Of a DNA stretch of 64,000 bases, positions 9,765 through 19,909 are shown piece by piece. Below the pieces are notes generated by a model. The model made no database searches. It was given only the letters and a program-made list of their open reading frames with translations, and was not told where the DNA came from. This DNA is from Candidatus Hermodarchaeota archaeon (GTDB lineage: Archaea > Asgardarchaeota > Lokiarchaeia > Sigyniarchaeales > SOKP01), in the NCBI GenBank assembly GCA_048885925.1, contig JBHLLG010000009.1:1-64000 (forward strand), given 5' to 3'. Positions within the stretch are counted from its first letter, which is position 1; every line of letters begins with the position of its first letter. The translations under genes were made by a program, and so were the position numbers.

Positions 9765-10054
9765 ATGTTAATAAAATTAAAAAGAAAAATTTGATTGAAG
9801 ATTTATTTACATCAAGAGCTAGAGTTAAGATCTTGAAAACTCTTGCATTAAATGAAGAATTAACAATTTCATTAATCATTAGCAAAACAAAATTAAATTA
9901 TTCCTGTGTTGTAAAACACTTAAATTATCTTAAAATGATTAATTTAATTCAAGAAAAGAAATTTGGTCGAATAAAAATTTTTAGATTTAAATTGGAAAAC
10001 ATGAAAGCAAGAAGTTTTAGAAATTTTGTTGAACTTTGGGAAGGTGGTTTTTAA
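9761..10054 (+). CDS. ArsR-like winged-helix regulator
   Basis: LFTSRARVKILKTL...HLNYL...EKKFGRIKIF. Confidence 0.85.
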   Translation: MNVNKIKKKNLIEDLFTSRARVKILKTLALNEELTISLIISKTKLNYSCVVKHLNYLKMINLIQEKKFGRIKIFRFKLENMKARSFRNFVELWEGGF

Positions 10055-10059
10055 GAATA

Positions 10060-10718
10060 ATGTTTTTAATAAACTTCTATTTTATTATCATAGTATTTTC
10101 TGCTTGTTTATATTATGATTTGAGATTTCGTAAAATTCCTAATAGATTATTTAAAATTATTTTTGGAATAAGTTTTCTAATTAATATAGTTGAAGGCATA
10201 TTATGGTATGAAATTTTATTCATTCTAGTTTTTATAAAATTTTTTTTTTTATTCTTATTTTTCTACTTTTATTCATGCTATTTAATTTGAAAGTGATTGG
10301 AGGGAGTGATGCTAAATTAACTATTTTAATCTTTTTAGTACATTCTATAAAACATCTAAATCTTTATTTTATTACTAATTTTTTTTTATTATTTTCGGTA
10401 TTTTTTATATTAGTTTTTGTCGTAAACTTTATTTTAAATAATAATTTTAAGAACAATTGTTCATTTACTATTCTATTTAATTCAAATTTAAAATCTTCAT
10501 TCTTTTTTAAATTCTATACTAAATTCTTTTGTAATTTTTCTAATATATTAAAATTGAAAGGAATTGAAGACGAAAAATATCAAATTAAATCCTACTTTTT
10601 AGTTTTTAATTACCGCAAGGAATCAATACAAATATTAATCCAATTTCGTCCTCCCCTCATCATACTAATTATTTTTGCATACTTTTTTTGTTATTTATTA
10701 AATATTGCTTTCAAATGA
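10060..10718 (+). pseudogene. Prepilin/prearchaellin peptidase (A24), split by a frameshift at a T11 run (10240-10250)
   Basis: First Asp motif YDLRFRKIPN in one frame, GGSDAK in another; T12 gives the continuous IKFFFFILIFLLLFMLFNLKVIGGSDAK. Confidence 0.85.
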
Positions 10719-10802
10719 AACAAAATGGAATTAATTTTAAATTTAAGAATTTTTATTAGATTAATGAAAATTAATTATTTTTTTTAGTGTGAACAATACA
10801 AT

Positions 10803-11195
10803 ATGGAGATTGAAAAAACTAGAGAAACTTCTTGGAAAATACAACTTAAAAACAAAAATGAAAGTATTGAAATAACTTCTGTTGAAATTAGTGGTGAAAT
10901 CCGGATTCTTAAATTAAGTCTAGAAAAGAGTAATAATTCTGTAAAAGTTGAGATGAATAAAGAAGAATTTTTTAACTTTCTTTCTTTAATATCCGCTTTT
11001 AAAGATGTTGTTATTGGAGAAGAATCTATTATAATAACTGAGGATATAAATTTAATTGAAGATGAATCTAATAATATACAAGAAATTCCTACTTTAAATG
11101 ATAATTTATATCGAGGTAGTTCCAGCTCAATTGAAAATAATCAAAAAAATAATGAAAACGAGGAATTGAATCCCGAAGAATGGGATCCTTGGTGA
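10803..11195 (+). CDS. Hypothetical protein with acidic tail ending EEWDPW
   Basis: 130 aa, beta-beta-beta-alpha-like N-terminus plus low-complexity acidic C-terminus. Confidence 0.7.
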   Translation: MEIEKTRETSWKIQLKNKNESIEITSVEISGEIRILKLSLEKSNNSVKVEMNKEEFFNFLSLISAFKDVVIGEESIIITEDINLIEDESNNIQEIPTLNDNLYRGSSSSIENNQKNNENEELNPEEWDPW

Positions 11196-11205
11196 AAATT
11201 ATAAA

Positions 11206-11694
11206 TTATTTTGTTTGTTCTATTCTAAATTCACAAAAATCCAAATTTAAATTTTCTAAACTGCATTGAGATTCTGAAACATTAACTTTATAAAGAGCGA
11301 ACTCTCCAATTCCAGTTAATAATCCATTTAAAAAATAGCAAAAGTATTTTGATTTATTTTCTAAATCTGATGAGATATTATGGAATAGATTTATAATAAT
11401 TACATCTTCATTAATCTGTTTTGGAACAAATCTACCCCATCCCTGATTACTCAAGATATTACAACTTTGATTTATTAAATCTTCTAATGTTTTTGGCTTT
11501 AGATTTTCATCCCAATTTTGTATTAATACCCAACCTGCTTTCTTACCAAGCCAAACTAACAAAGATTTTACTCCCTCCCCATAAATTGATGACAGTATAT
11601 CTATTATTTGAGGAGGAAAAAATACAAATCGATCATTATAGAGATAATACTTACCTTTGTTAAATTTAAGTCCTTTTAATTTTAAATTTCTCAT
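11206..11694 (-). CDS. V4R domain protein
   Basis: LGKKAG, QGWG, CYFLNGLLTG, ESQC..CEF. Confidence 0.85.
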   Translation of the reverse strand: MRNLKLKGLKFNKGKYYLYNDRFVFFPPQIIDILSSIYGEGVKSLLVWLGKKAGWVLIQNWDENLKPKTLEDLINQSCNILSNQGWGRFVPKQINEDVIIINLFHNISSDLENKSKYFCYFLNGLLTGIGEFALYKVNVSESQCSLENLNLDFCEFRIEQTK

Positions 11695-11838
11695 AATTAT
11701 AATCAGCTTTTTTTCTTATATAATATTTTCTAACAGTTCTAATGTTTAAAGAAGTCAATTTTTTATTAATAATGTTGAAATTATATGAAATAATAATATG
11801 AGGTCTTTAAATAATTCATATATGATCTAGATTGAGAG

Positions 11839-12138
11839 ATGTTAGAGCTAGGTATAATATTATTTGAGATTTTACTATTAATTAGTATCTTCATATTAAT
11901 CTTTTCATATTCTGTGATTTCTGTAAATTTGATTATAACGTTTATTTCTATTTTAGTTTTTCTATCCCTATTAATTCCTTTTTATTTAGTATTAGAAAGA
12001 CTAAAAATCTTAGTATATATTAATAATCTAGAAAGTATAAATTTTTTTAAATTCATAATTCTTTATTCTAATCTAATAAACATTTTTATAGGGATATTTT
12101 TATTCATCGAATTGATTTCTCTTTTTATATTTTCATAG
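11839..12138 (+). CDS. Small membrane protein
   Basis: Three hydrophobic segments. Confidence 0.55.
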   Translation: MLELGIILFEILLLISIFILIFSYSVISVNLIITFISILVFLSLLIPFYLVLERLKILVYINNLESINFFKFIILYSNLINIFIGIFLFIELISLFIFS

Positions 12139-12148
12139 TGAGATAAAC

Positions 12149-13675
12149 TTAAATAAAAATTGTAGTATTTAAAAATGATAGAATAAATGAGAGTAAAAAA
12201 ATAAAGTTGCAAATCAATATTATTTGAAATTTATTTTGACAATTAATAATTTTTAAAAAGTAATTAGAGGTTATTGAAATACTTGATATGAATATTATAA
12301 AAATAACAATTATATGAGAAAGATTAATTAGATTGGTTAAATCCTCAAAAATAATAGGGTTATTTGAATAAATATTTCTTGTTATTAATATAAAGAAGGG
12401 AAACATTCCAGAGATAGCACCTATTAATATTGGCAAAAAAAATAAAAAAAAGAAGATTTTAAATTTCTCACCCTTAATAATTATAGAGAGGTCCTTTTCT
12501 AAGTTTTGATGTTTTTGAATTATATTTAAAATGTCAATGATTTTTTCTGAAGAATAATAAGCATTTTCCTTTACAAACTTTTCAATAGCATCTAAAATTA
12601 TATTATAACGTAGAGATTTTAATTCAAGTTTTAGATATTGTACCATCTCCTTAAAGGAACAGATAAAATTTAAAAGCTGAGATATTTGATTTTTCAATGG
12701 TTCATTAAGCAAAACAAACAGAGTTTTATTTTGGGTATAAGATTTGAGGAAAGCTTTTTCGGGAGATATATTGTTTTTTAAATTTATTGCGAAATTATTT
12801 AAAAACATGAAAAATTCATTAAATTTTTTTTTTTCTATTTTTGACTGTCCACTTAAAATTCCAATCATAAAAGAATTTTTCTTTATGAATTTCTTAAATA
12901 AAATATTTAAAAAATAAAGAAAAAATGGAATTAAAAAGAGTAACAGGATTAAGTTTATAATCTGAAATAAAATTAAAAAGCATAATCCTATAGGGAAAAA
13001 TACACCAATGAAAAAGAATATACTAATTTTTGATTGAATTTCTCTTAAATAGATTTTAAACTTTTTTTCTAATGCACTATTTTCATTATCTTCCAACTTA
13101 TAAATAGTGTTAAAATTTTTAATTAATAAATTTTTAATATATTGATTGAAATCGTTTGAAGGGGTTATTAAATTCAATAATACGTCTTCGGGTTTAGCTC
13201 CGGCTTGAATTTTATTTAAAATTTTTTTAAAATTTCCTAAGATGGGTAGTTTGTATTTTTTTAATAATTTTATAAAGTATATACAATAATCAGATTTATC
13301 CTCTAACGTATTTTGGATTAAGGAAAAATCTATCTTAATTATAGGGAGCATCGTATTAATTATTGATCCTTTTTTTTTAATATCATAATAGAGGATTAAA
13401 TTAAACCTATATGAAATAAGGAAAGATAAAATTATAGAATACAATGTTATAATTAGAATATTGAAAGCAATAAAAGCTATTGAAAGCAATATTAAACTAC
13501 TAAATGAAAATAAAAATACAAAAAAACTAGCTTTATTAACATCTTCCTCTTGAATGTTATAAATATTTTTGTATAAGTACAAATATCTTTCATTTAATCG
13601 CTTAAATTTCAATTGAGGCAGTTTTCTTTTATTAAATTTCACACAAAAATTAAGATATTTTTCAAGAGATTTCAT
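12149..13675 (-). CDS. Type IV pilus platform membrane protein (TadB/TadC/ArlJ-like)
   Basis: Two TM clusters with T2SSF-like cytoplasmic segments (IQAGAKPED, NISPEKAF); downstream of the secretion ATPase. Confidence 0.72.
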   Translation of the reverse strand: MKSLEKYLNFCVKFNKRKLPQLKFKRLNERYLYLYKNIYNIQEEDVNKASFFVFLFSFSSLILLSIAFIAFNILIITLYSIILSFLISYRFNLILYYDIKKKGSIINTMLPIIKIDFSLIQNTLEDKSDYCIYFIKLLKKYKLPILGNFKKILNKIQAGAKPEDVLLNLITPSNDFNQYIKNLLIKNFNTIYKLEDNENSALEKKFKIYLREIQSKISIFFFIGVFFPIGLCFLILFQIINLILLLFLIPFFLYFLNILFKKFIKKNSFMIGILSGQSKIEKKKFNEFFMFLNNFAINLKNNISPEKAFLKSYTQNKTLFVLLNEPLKNQISQLLNFICSFKEMVQYLKLELKSLRYNIILDAIEKFVKENAYYSSEKIIDILNIIQKHQNLEKDLSIIIKGEKFKIFFFLFFLPILIGAISGMFPFFILITRNIYSNNPIIFEDLTNLINLSHIIVIFIIFISSISITSNYFLKIINCQNKFQIILICNFIFLLSFILSFLNTTIFI

Positions 13676-13687
13676 ATAATTAAATTG

Positions 13688-14110
13688 TTAATTTAAGTTT
13701 GATAGATTGACTTTAATTAAAGTTGAAAAATAAGAGATATTAAGAAGATATATTTGTGGTAAAATTTCATGGAAATTAGAACTTAATAAGGGTACCTTAT
13801 ATTCAATAATTTTTACACAAATCTTTTTTTCGATTAAAAATTCATATTTAATGTTATAATGGCTAATGCTGATGTTTAAATTGTTAGGATATTCTATAGA
13901 TTTAAGATATATATCATTTGGGTTTTTTATAATATAATTAACGCCTAGGTCAACCTGTTCAATAAATATAAGGTAATGTTGTACATTATTTTTCTCATTT
14001 TCATTAAATTCTGATATTCTTCCTAAAAATGGAAATAGAATAGAAGTAAAAATAGTTAAAGTAAAAATTCCAAATCCAATTAATAATGATTTTTCTATTA
14101 GATTTGTCAT
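13688..14110 (-). CDS. Pilin/pseudopilin-like protein
   Basis: N-terminus MTNLIEKSLLIGFGIF matches the Flp pilin at 26287 (GNLVEYALLIGFALF); lies between ATPase and platform genes. Confidence 0.65.
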   Translation of the reverse strand: MTNLIEKSLLIGFGIFTLTIFTSILFPFLGRISEFNENEKNNVQHYLIFIEQVDLGVNYIIKNPNDIYLKSIEYPNNLNISISHYNIKYEFLIEKKICVKIIEYKVPLLSSNFHEILPQIYLLNISYFSTLIKVNLSNLN

Positions 14111-14126
14111 AACATTAAATATAAAT

Positions 14127-16307
14127 TTAAAAATTTAAACTTCGATTCTTTTTCCATCTAATCCAGAATTCTTTTAAAAGATCAATAGATCTTAAAGAAT
14201 AAAAAGATACTTTGTGAAAGAAATCAATTAATTCATTATTCTGCATTTCCTTTATCCTCAAATGAAATTCAAATATTTCTTTATATATTTCAATAAATCT
14301 CGAAAACTTTTCATCCGATAGATCTTCATATTTTTTTAAATCTAAGATTATATTTGTTCCACTAAGAGGTTGAGTTAATATCCATTTTTCTGTTTCTGGA
14401 TTATATTCAAATATTGAATTAAATTGTAAATTTTTAGAATTTTGAGCCTTACAAATTTCAAATATTCCAACTATTTTTCGATTATTAGAAATTTTTTTCA
14501 TTAAAATAATAAGATCTAAATCATTTAGACATGATTGATTTATCTTAAAATGATAAATAAAGCGATTTATTAGTGATTCAATGGTTTTTGAGTGAATTGT
14601 TTGAAATCCCCGTAATCCAGCAGCTAAGCAGTGAAATAAAGCTTCTGCTTCTTCTTTTGTTAAAATTTCTCCCAAATAAATAAGATCAGGTGTTCTATGC
14701 AAAAGAGTTTTAATTTGATTACTTTTTGAATATCTTTCAATTAGAGATTCCTCAGAAGGATCTACCATATATTTTAATTGATGTTTACCATATTCATACT
14801 GATTTAATGATTCAGTTATATCTTCAACATAAATCTTTCGAAATTCTTTTGGGGTCAAAAAATCTAAGGCATTAATTAGAGTTGTTTTTCCTGTATCTGT
14901 TTCACCTGTAACTGTTATATTTTTTCTACGAAGGATACTAAAATATAAAAATGCAGCGATTGATGGATCTAACGTTCTTTTTTTCAATAGATCTTGAATA
15001 GTTAGAACATTTTTGTTTAATTTTCGTATATCTAAAGCAAAATTGTTTATTTGAATAGGTTCAATATCAATTGCGAATCTACAATAAAAATATTTATTTT
15101 TAATCACAAATTTAATAGTTGGATTTGTAAAATCAAGTCTTTTCCCGCTGTATAGCCTAAATAAAGTTTTTACACGTTCAATCTGCTTGGAATTTAAATT
15201 TAAACCTGTTCTACAACGACCAAATTTCTGGTGATTTATATAAATTTCATCTTTAGGTGAATCTAAAAATATTTCTTCAACAAAATCATCAATTAATAAT
15301 GGAAATAGCTTATCTAAATTTAACTTCTTTATTGCTGTTATTAAAGCTATTTTTTTTTTTACATCTATAGGGAATTTATATTTAGAGTTTAGTATTTTTA
15401 GGGCTTCTTTTTTATACATACTTATTAATTTTTCTATAGGATAAATTTGATCCAATTCCACTAGTTCAATATTTTGATAAATATCTTGAATAATATTTTT
15501 AAAATAATCCTGTTCTTGTTTTTCTTTGTAGAATAAACTCACAACATACATTCTTTCAATTTCGTAAGGAATTTCATACACTTTCACTGTGAAAACTGAA
15601 TACTTTCCAGTTTCATAGTTTGTTAATAATTTTTTATTATTGTTTAAATTTGTATTTTGAATTTCGTGAGAATTTTTGGTCGTTAAAGAGTTTTTTAAAA
15701 AGAAATATCTATAAAAATCGTTCTTTTTAATATCAAATTCGTCATTGGTATCAAAATTTTTAAATCTTTGAATAATTTTTAAATTATCAAGAACTTGAAG
15801 TATAGAGTTTTCAGATATTTCTATGAGGTCTTGGCAATTAATACAAGCAGGATTTAATATCTGTTTTTTCTTTCGAATTGATAGTCTCTTTTTTATAATA
15901 TTATAGACAAGGATTGGATCCAAATAATCAATATCTTTTATTTGATATTGAGTAGAAAAATTGGAAGCAATTTTACATCTAAATTCTTTGTAATTACATT
16001 TTTGATTTCTTATTTTACATATTTTATCGTTTAAATTTTTAATCTTTTTCTTATTTTTAAAATAATCCAAAATTAAATCAAACTGTTTTGGCCAAATTAA
16101 AACGTCATTCCATAATATAGAGATATAATTAAATTTTCGATTTTTATAATTATATATGGTTTTAAAGAAACAAGTTGTACATTTGTCGGATATAAATAAG
16201 GTTTTATCTTCTTTTGGGCAGTTATAACAATCTATAATTAAAATAATATCCTTATTTCCATCTAACTTTTCTTTTTCTTTAAAATATACTGGATTGTTTA
16301 AAACCAT
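14127..16307 (-). CDS. Type II/IV secretion (TadA/VirB11/ArlI-like) ATPase with Cys-rich N-terminus
   Basis: VEEIFLD, DIRK, GETDTGKTT, PDLIYLGEI, QTIHS. Confidence 0.93.
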   Translation of the reverse strand: MVLNNPVYFKEKEKLDGNKDIILIIDCYNCPKEDKTLFISDKCTTCFFKTIYNYKNRKFNYISILWNDVLIWPKQFDLILDYFKNKKKIKNLNDKICKIRNQKCNYKEFRCKIASNFSTQYQIKDIDYLDPILVYNIIKKRLSIRKKKQILNPACINCQDLIEISENSILQVLDNLKIIQRFKNFDTNDEFDIKKNDFYRYFFLKNSLTTKNSHEIQNTNLNNNKKLLTNYETGKYSVFTVKVYEIPYEIERMYVVSLFYKEKQEQDYFKNIIQDIYQNIELVELDQIYPIEKLISMYKKEALKILNSKYKFPIDVKKKIALITAIKKLNLDKLFPLLIDDFVEEIFLDSPKDEIYINHQKFGRCRTGLNLNSKQIERVKTLFRLYSGKRLDFTNPTIKFVIKNKYFYCRFAIDIEPIQINNFALDIRKLNKNVLTIQDLLKKRTLDPSIAAFLYFSILRRKNITVTGETDTGKTTLINALDFLTPKEFRKIYVEDITESLNQYEYGKHQLKYMVDPSEESLIERYSKSNQIKTLLHRTPDLIYLGEILTKEEAEALFHCLAAGLRGFQTIHSKTIESLINRFIYHFKINQSCLNDLDLIILMKKISNNRKIVGIFEICKAQNSKNLQFNSIFEYNPETEKWILTQPLSGTNIILDLKKYEDLSDEKFSRFIEIYKEIFEFHLRIKEMQNNELIDFFHKVSFYSLRSIDLLKEFWIRWKKNRSLNF

Positions 16308-16440
16308 TTAAACCTTTTTTGATAAAGATAGATTTAAATTACCCATTTTTATTCTTGAAGGACTGTTAAGAAATAAAAATTTTAATGAAAAAATTTATTT
16401 ATTTTAAAAAATTCATTTCCAAAAGTTAATGTGATAAATT

Positions 16441-17460
16441 ATGGGTCATCGTAAAAGACATGCGCCTAGACACGGTTCATTAGCATTTCTACCTAGAAAG
16501 AGAGCTGCACAAATAAAAGGTCGAGTAAGACATTGGTTAGATAGTTCTGATGAGATAAATTTTCTTGGTTTTGCTGGGTTTAAAGCGGGCATGACTCATA
16601 TTACATACATAGAGGACCAAAGAGACAGTCCGTATTTTGGAAAAGAACTAATGAAACCAGTATCTGTAATTGAAGTTCCCCCATTAATCCTCATTGGAGT
16701 GAGAGTATATAATAACGATGAATATGGAAGATTTATTGTTGGAGAACTCTACACTAATGAATTTAACAAATTTATATTAAGGAAAATTAATATTCCAAAT
16801 TTAGAAAATCAGGATTCTGAGAATATAAAAAAAGAAATTTTAAAAAAGTTAAATAGCAAAAGTGAGATTAGAGGTGTTTTTCAAACACAGCCATATAAAA
16901 CATCTTTACCAAGAAAAAAGCCTAATATCATTGAAATTAAGATTAATTCAATTAAACAACCCAAAAAAGAATTTGAATTTGCTTACAATAATTTAGGAAA
17001 AGAAATTAGAGCAAGAGATGTTTTAAAAGACGGAGAGTTAATAGATGTAATCGCCGTTACTAAAGGAAAAGGATTTGAAGGTCCGGTCAAAAGATTTGGA
17101 GTTAAGATTCTTACTCGCAAAAATAGTAAGATCCGAAGAGCTGTTGCATGTATAGGTCCTTGGCATCCAGCTAGAGTTCTTTATACTGTTCCACGTCCAG
17201 GTCAATTAGGTTTTCATCAAAGGACAGAATATCATAAAAGAGTAATGTTAATCGGTGAGAATGAGGAGGAAATTAACCCAAAAGGAGGATTTATAAAATA
17301 TGGGAAAATTAAAGGCGATTATATACTTATTTTAGGTTCTATTCCAGGTCCTAAGAAAAGATTAATCAGAATAAGAAAAACAATTAGACCTGTAAGATCT
17401 TTTATTACAAGTACTCCTGAGATTACATTTATCAGTCGAGAAAGCCAACAACAAAAATAA
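16441..17460 (+). CDS. rpl3: 50S ribosomal protein uL3
   Basis: APRHGSLAFLPRKRA, GFKAGMTH, TKGKGFEGPVKRFG. Confidence 0.98.
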   Translation: MGHRKRHAPRHGSLAFLPRKRAAQIKGRVRHWLDSSDEINFLGFAGFKAGMTHITYIEDQRDSPYFGKELMKPVSVIEVPPLILIGVRVYNNDEYGRFIVGELYTNEFNKFILRKINIPNLENQDSENIKKEILKKLNSKSEIRGVFQTQPYKTSLPRKKPNIIEIKINSIKQPKKEFEFAYNNLGKEIRARDVLKDGELIDVIAVTKGKGFEGPVKRFGVKILTRKNSKIRRAVACIGPWHPARVLYTVPRPGQLGFHQRTEYHKRVMLIGENEEEINPKGGFIKYGKIKGDYILILGSIPGPKKRLIRIRKTIRPVRSFITSTPEITFISRESQQQK

Positions 17461-17481
17461 TTACTAAAACTAAGTGATATT

Positions 17482-18270
17482 ATGGAAAAAATAAATGTAT
17501 ATAATCTAGAAGGGAAAAAAAAAGGACTTATTGATAAACCAAAAATATTCGAGATAAACCCCAGATTAGATATGATTCAAATTGCACAATCAATTCATCA
17601 AAGCAAAAATAAACAAGTACAAGGAAGAGATAAAAGAGCAGGTTTAAGAAATACCGCTGAAAGTTGGGGAACTGGACATGGATTGTCACGAGCGCCAAGA
17701 ATTAAAGGTGGAGGTTTTATAACTGCCCGAAATGTTGGAAGAGTACCTTTTGCTAAAGGAGGAAGAATAACACATCCTATCAAAAATGAAAAAAAAATTA
17801 AAAAAAAAATCAATACAGGGATGAATAAGTTATCAATAATCTCTGCCATAGCTGCTTCTGGAAATAGATATTTCGTTCAAAAAAGAGGGCATAAGATCAA
17901 CGATATTCCTGAAATTCCATTAGTTATTGATGATAAGATTCAAACTATCAAAAAAACATCAAAAATGTATTCGATATTGTGCAATATGGGATTAAAGGAA
18001 GATTTAATTAAGATTAAAGATTACAGAAAAATTAAAGCAGGTAAAGGTAAATCAAGAGGACGAAAATACAAAATTAAAAAGGGAGTTTTAATTGTGATTA
18101 AAGATGATTTTGGAATAATTAATGCCACAAGAAATATTCCTGGAACTGATGTAATTAAGGTTCAAAATCTATCTATTAATGATTTAGCACCAGGGGGTGC
18201 ATCAGGTAGATTAATTATTTGGTCCCAATCTGCCTTCAATGAGTTAAATAATTATAAGGTGTTAGTATAG
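17482..18270 (+). CDS. rpl4: 50S ribosomal protein uL4
   Basis: AESWGTGHGLSRAPR, AGKGKSRGRKY, LAPGG. Confidence 0.98.
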   Translation: MEKINVYNLEGKKKGLIDKPKIFEINPRLDMIQIAQSIHQSKNKQVQGRDKRAGLRNTAESWGTGHGLSRAPRIKGGGFITARNVGRVPFAKGGRITHPIKNEKKIKKKINTGMNKLSIISAIAASGNRYFVQKRGHKINDIPEIPLVIDDKIQTIKKTSKMYSILCNMGLKEDLIKIKDYRKIKAGKGKSRGRKYKIKKGVLIVIKDDFGIINATRNIPGTDVIKVQNLSINDLAPGGASGRLIIWSQSAFNELNNYKVLV

Positions 18271-18534
18271 ATGGAAAAAATTTATAAAATTATTAAGAAG
18301 CCTTTAATTACTGAAAAAACTTTTGATTTAATTGAAAAAGAAAATAAATTAGTATTTATTGTTGACAGAAAAGCTAATAAAAGTCAAATAAAAAAAGCAG
18401 TTGAGAAATTACATAATGTAAGAGTAAAAAAAGTTAATACTATGATTACCCCACAAGGAAATAAAAAAGCTTTTGTCAAATTACATCCAGAATTTTCTGC
18501 TCAAGACATCGCTATTGATTTAGGTATATTTTAA
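18271..18534 (+). CDS. rpl23: 50S ribosomal protein uL23
   Basis: IIKKPLITEK, ANKSQIKKAVE, KKAFVKL. Confidence 0.98.
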   Translation: MEKIYKIIKKPLITEKTFDLIEKENKLVFIVDRKANKSQIKKAVEKLHNVRVKKVNTMITPQGNKKAFVKLHPEFSAQDIAIDLGIF

Positions 18535-19644
18535 TTATTGAATATTTTTAAAATCTTCATAATTAATTTTCTGAACTTCTTCTAGGTTAATTATTTTTAC
18601 GTTTTTTATCAATTTTATTTGCGTTGTATCTAAAAGACTTTCATATCCTAAATTATTTAATAATAAAATGTATATGAAATATTTAGGATAGTATTTTTCA
18701 ATAATTCCTTGAATGAAATTAGAGTCTAGATTAGGTAATGTTAAAAATAAGCAATTTTGTTCAATCAATAATAAATTCTTACTTAGTCTTAGATATTTAA
18801 TTTGATGATTGGTTAAATTGTATTCAATTGAGTCATTTATATCGGATATATCTACTAGATGATCTAACATTTCAGTAGAAAATAAAGAATAATAATCATT
18901 TAATAGAAAAAAACTATCATTTATTCCGATCCTCCAAATAAAATTTAAAAATTCCTTTAATTGCATATTATACCTTTTTATTAATTCACAGTGAAAAAAA
19001 GTGTTTACAATTTCCTCTATTTTTTTTAATGGTAAAGTTGTTTTCCATATCTCGACAAAATAACAAGAAAATTTAATATTTTCATTACTATTTTTAGTAA
19101 AATGAAATATTAAGAATCCCTTCCTTCCGAGATCATTAATTAATTTTAGAAAATTAGATATAAAAGTAGTTTTCTTTTTAATAAAATTTAAATTAATTTC
19201 GTAGAAATCAAAACCAATAGATTTTTTTTCACTAGAAATTATGAAAGATAATAAATCTTTCATAATTGAGGTATTGGAATTAATATCTTCAAAAATATTT
19301 GTTAAGAAATGTTCTTCTAAAACTTTTCCCTTTAAAAATTTATGATAATTTCCAATTTCGCCCAATTTTTGCTGAACAAGATTAAAAGTCTTGATAATTC
19401 CTTCTTTATTAGAATCTTCAAAATTTAAAATAAAAAGATTTTTTCCAGTTCCTAATTGGATAGAATAATGTTGAATTAAATTCTTTCTTAAAAATTTATT
19501 TAAAAGAGTCAAGTTTAAATTTACATCTTTAGATATTAATAACGCAAATGCAACTATTCTATTGTATTTGCTTATACTTTTATAATAAATTAAATGATTT
19601 TCAACTAAATATGAAAATAGTTTATATTTACCTTTTTTAACCAT
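18535..19644 (-). CDS. Hypothetical protein
   Basis: 369-aa ORF, no motif recognised. Confidence 0.7.
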   Translation of the reverse strand: MVKKGKYKLFSYLVENHLIYYKSISKYNRIVAFALLISKDVNLNLTLLNKFLRKNLIQHYSIQLGTGKNLFILNFEDSNKEGIIKTFNLVQQKLGEIGNYHKFLKGKVLEEHFLTNIFEDINSNTSIMKDLLSFIISSEKKSIGFDFYEINLNFIKKKTTFISNFLKLINDLGRKGFLIFHFTKNSNENIKFSCYFVEIWKTTLPLKKIEEIVNTFFHCELIKRYNMQLKEFLNFIWRIGINDSFFLLNDYYSLFSTEMLDHLVDISDINDSIEYNLTNHQIKYLRLSKNLLLIEQNCLFLTLPNLDSNFIQGIIEKYYPKYFIYILLLNNLGYESLLDTTQIKLIKNVKIINLEEVQKINYEDFKNIQ

Positions 19645-19909
19645 TTCAAAAATATTTCTGATAACATTTATAAAAACTTAAATATTTTATTTTTATCAAA
19701 TCATAAAGGGGATTTAAAGATTTAAATTTATTAAGAAAGCAAAGATCTTAAATCTCTAAAGCTTTTTAGTGTTTAAAAATAATAAATTTTATCAGCTTTT
19801 TTAAATCCTAATAAGAAGAATTTTTGATTTTATAATAGTTTTCAAATCTTAAAGATTTATTTAAAATAAAACTTAAAATTCCATCTATTTTATAATTAAT
19901 TAAATTTTA

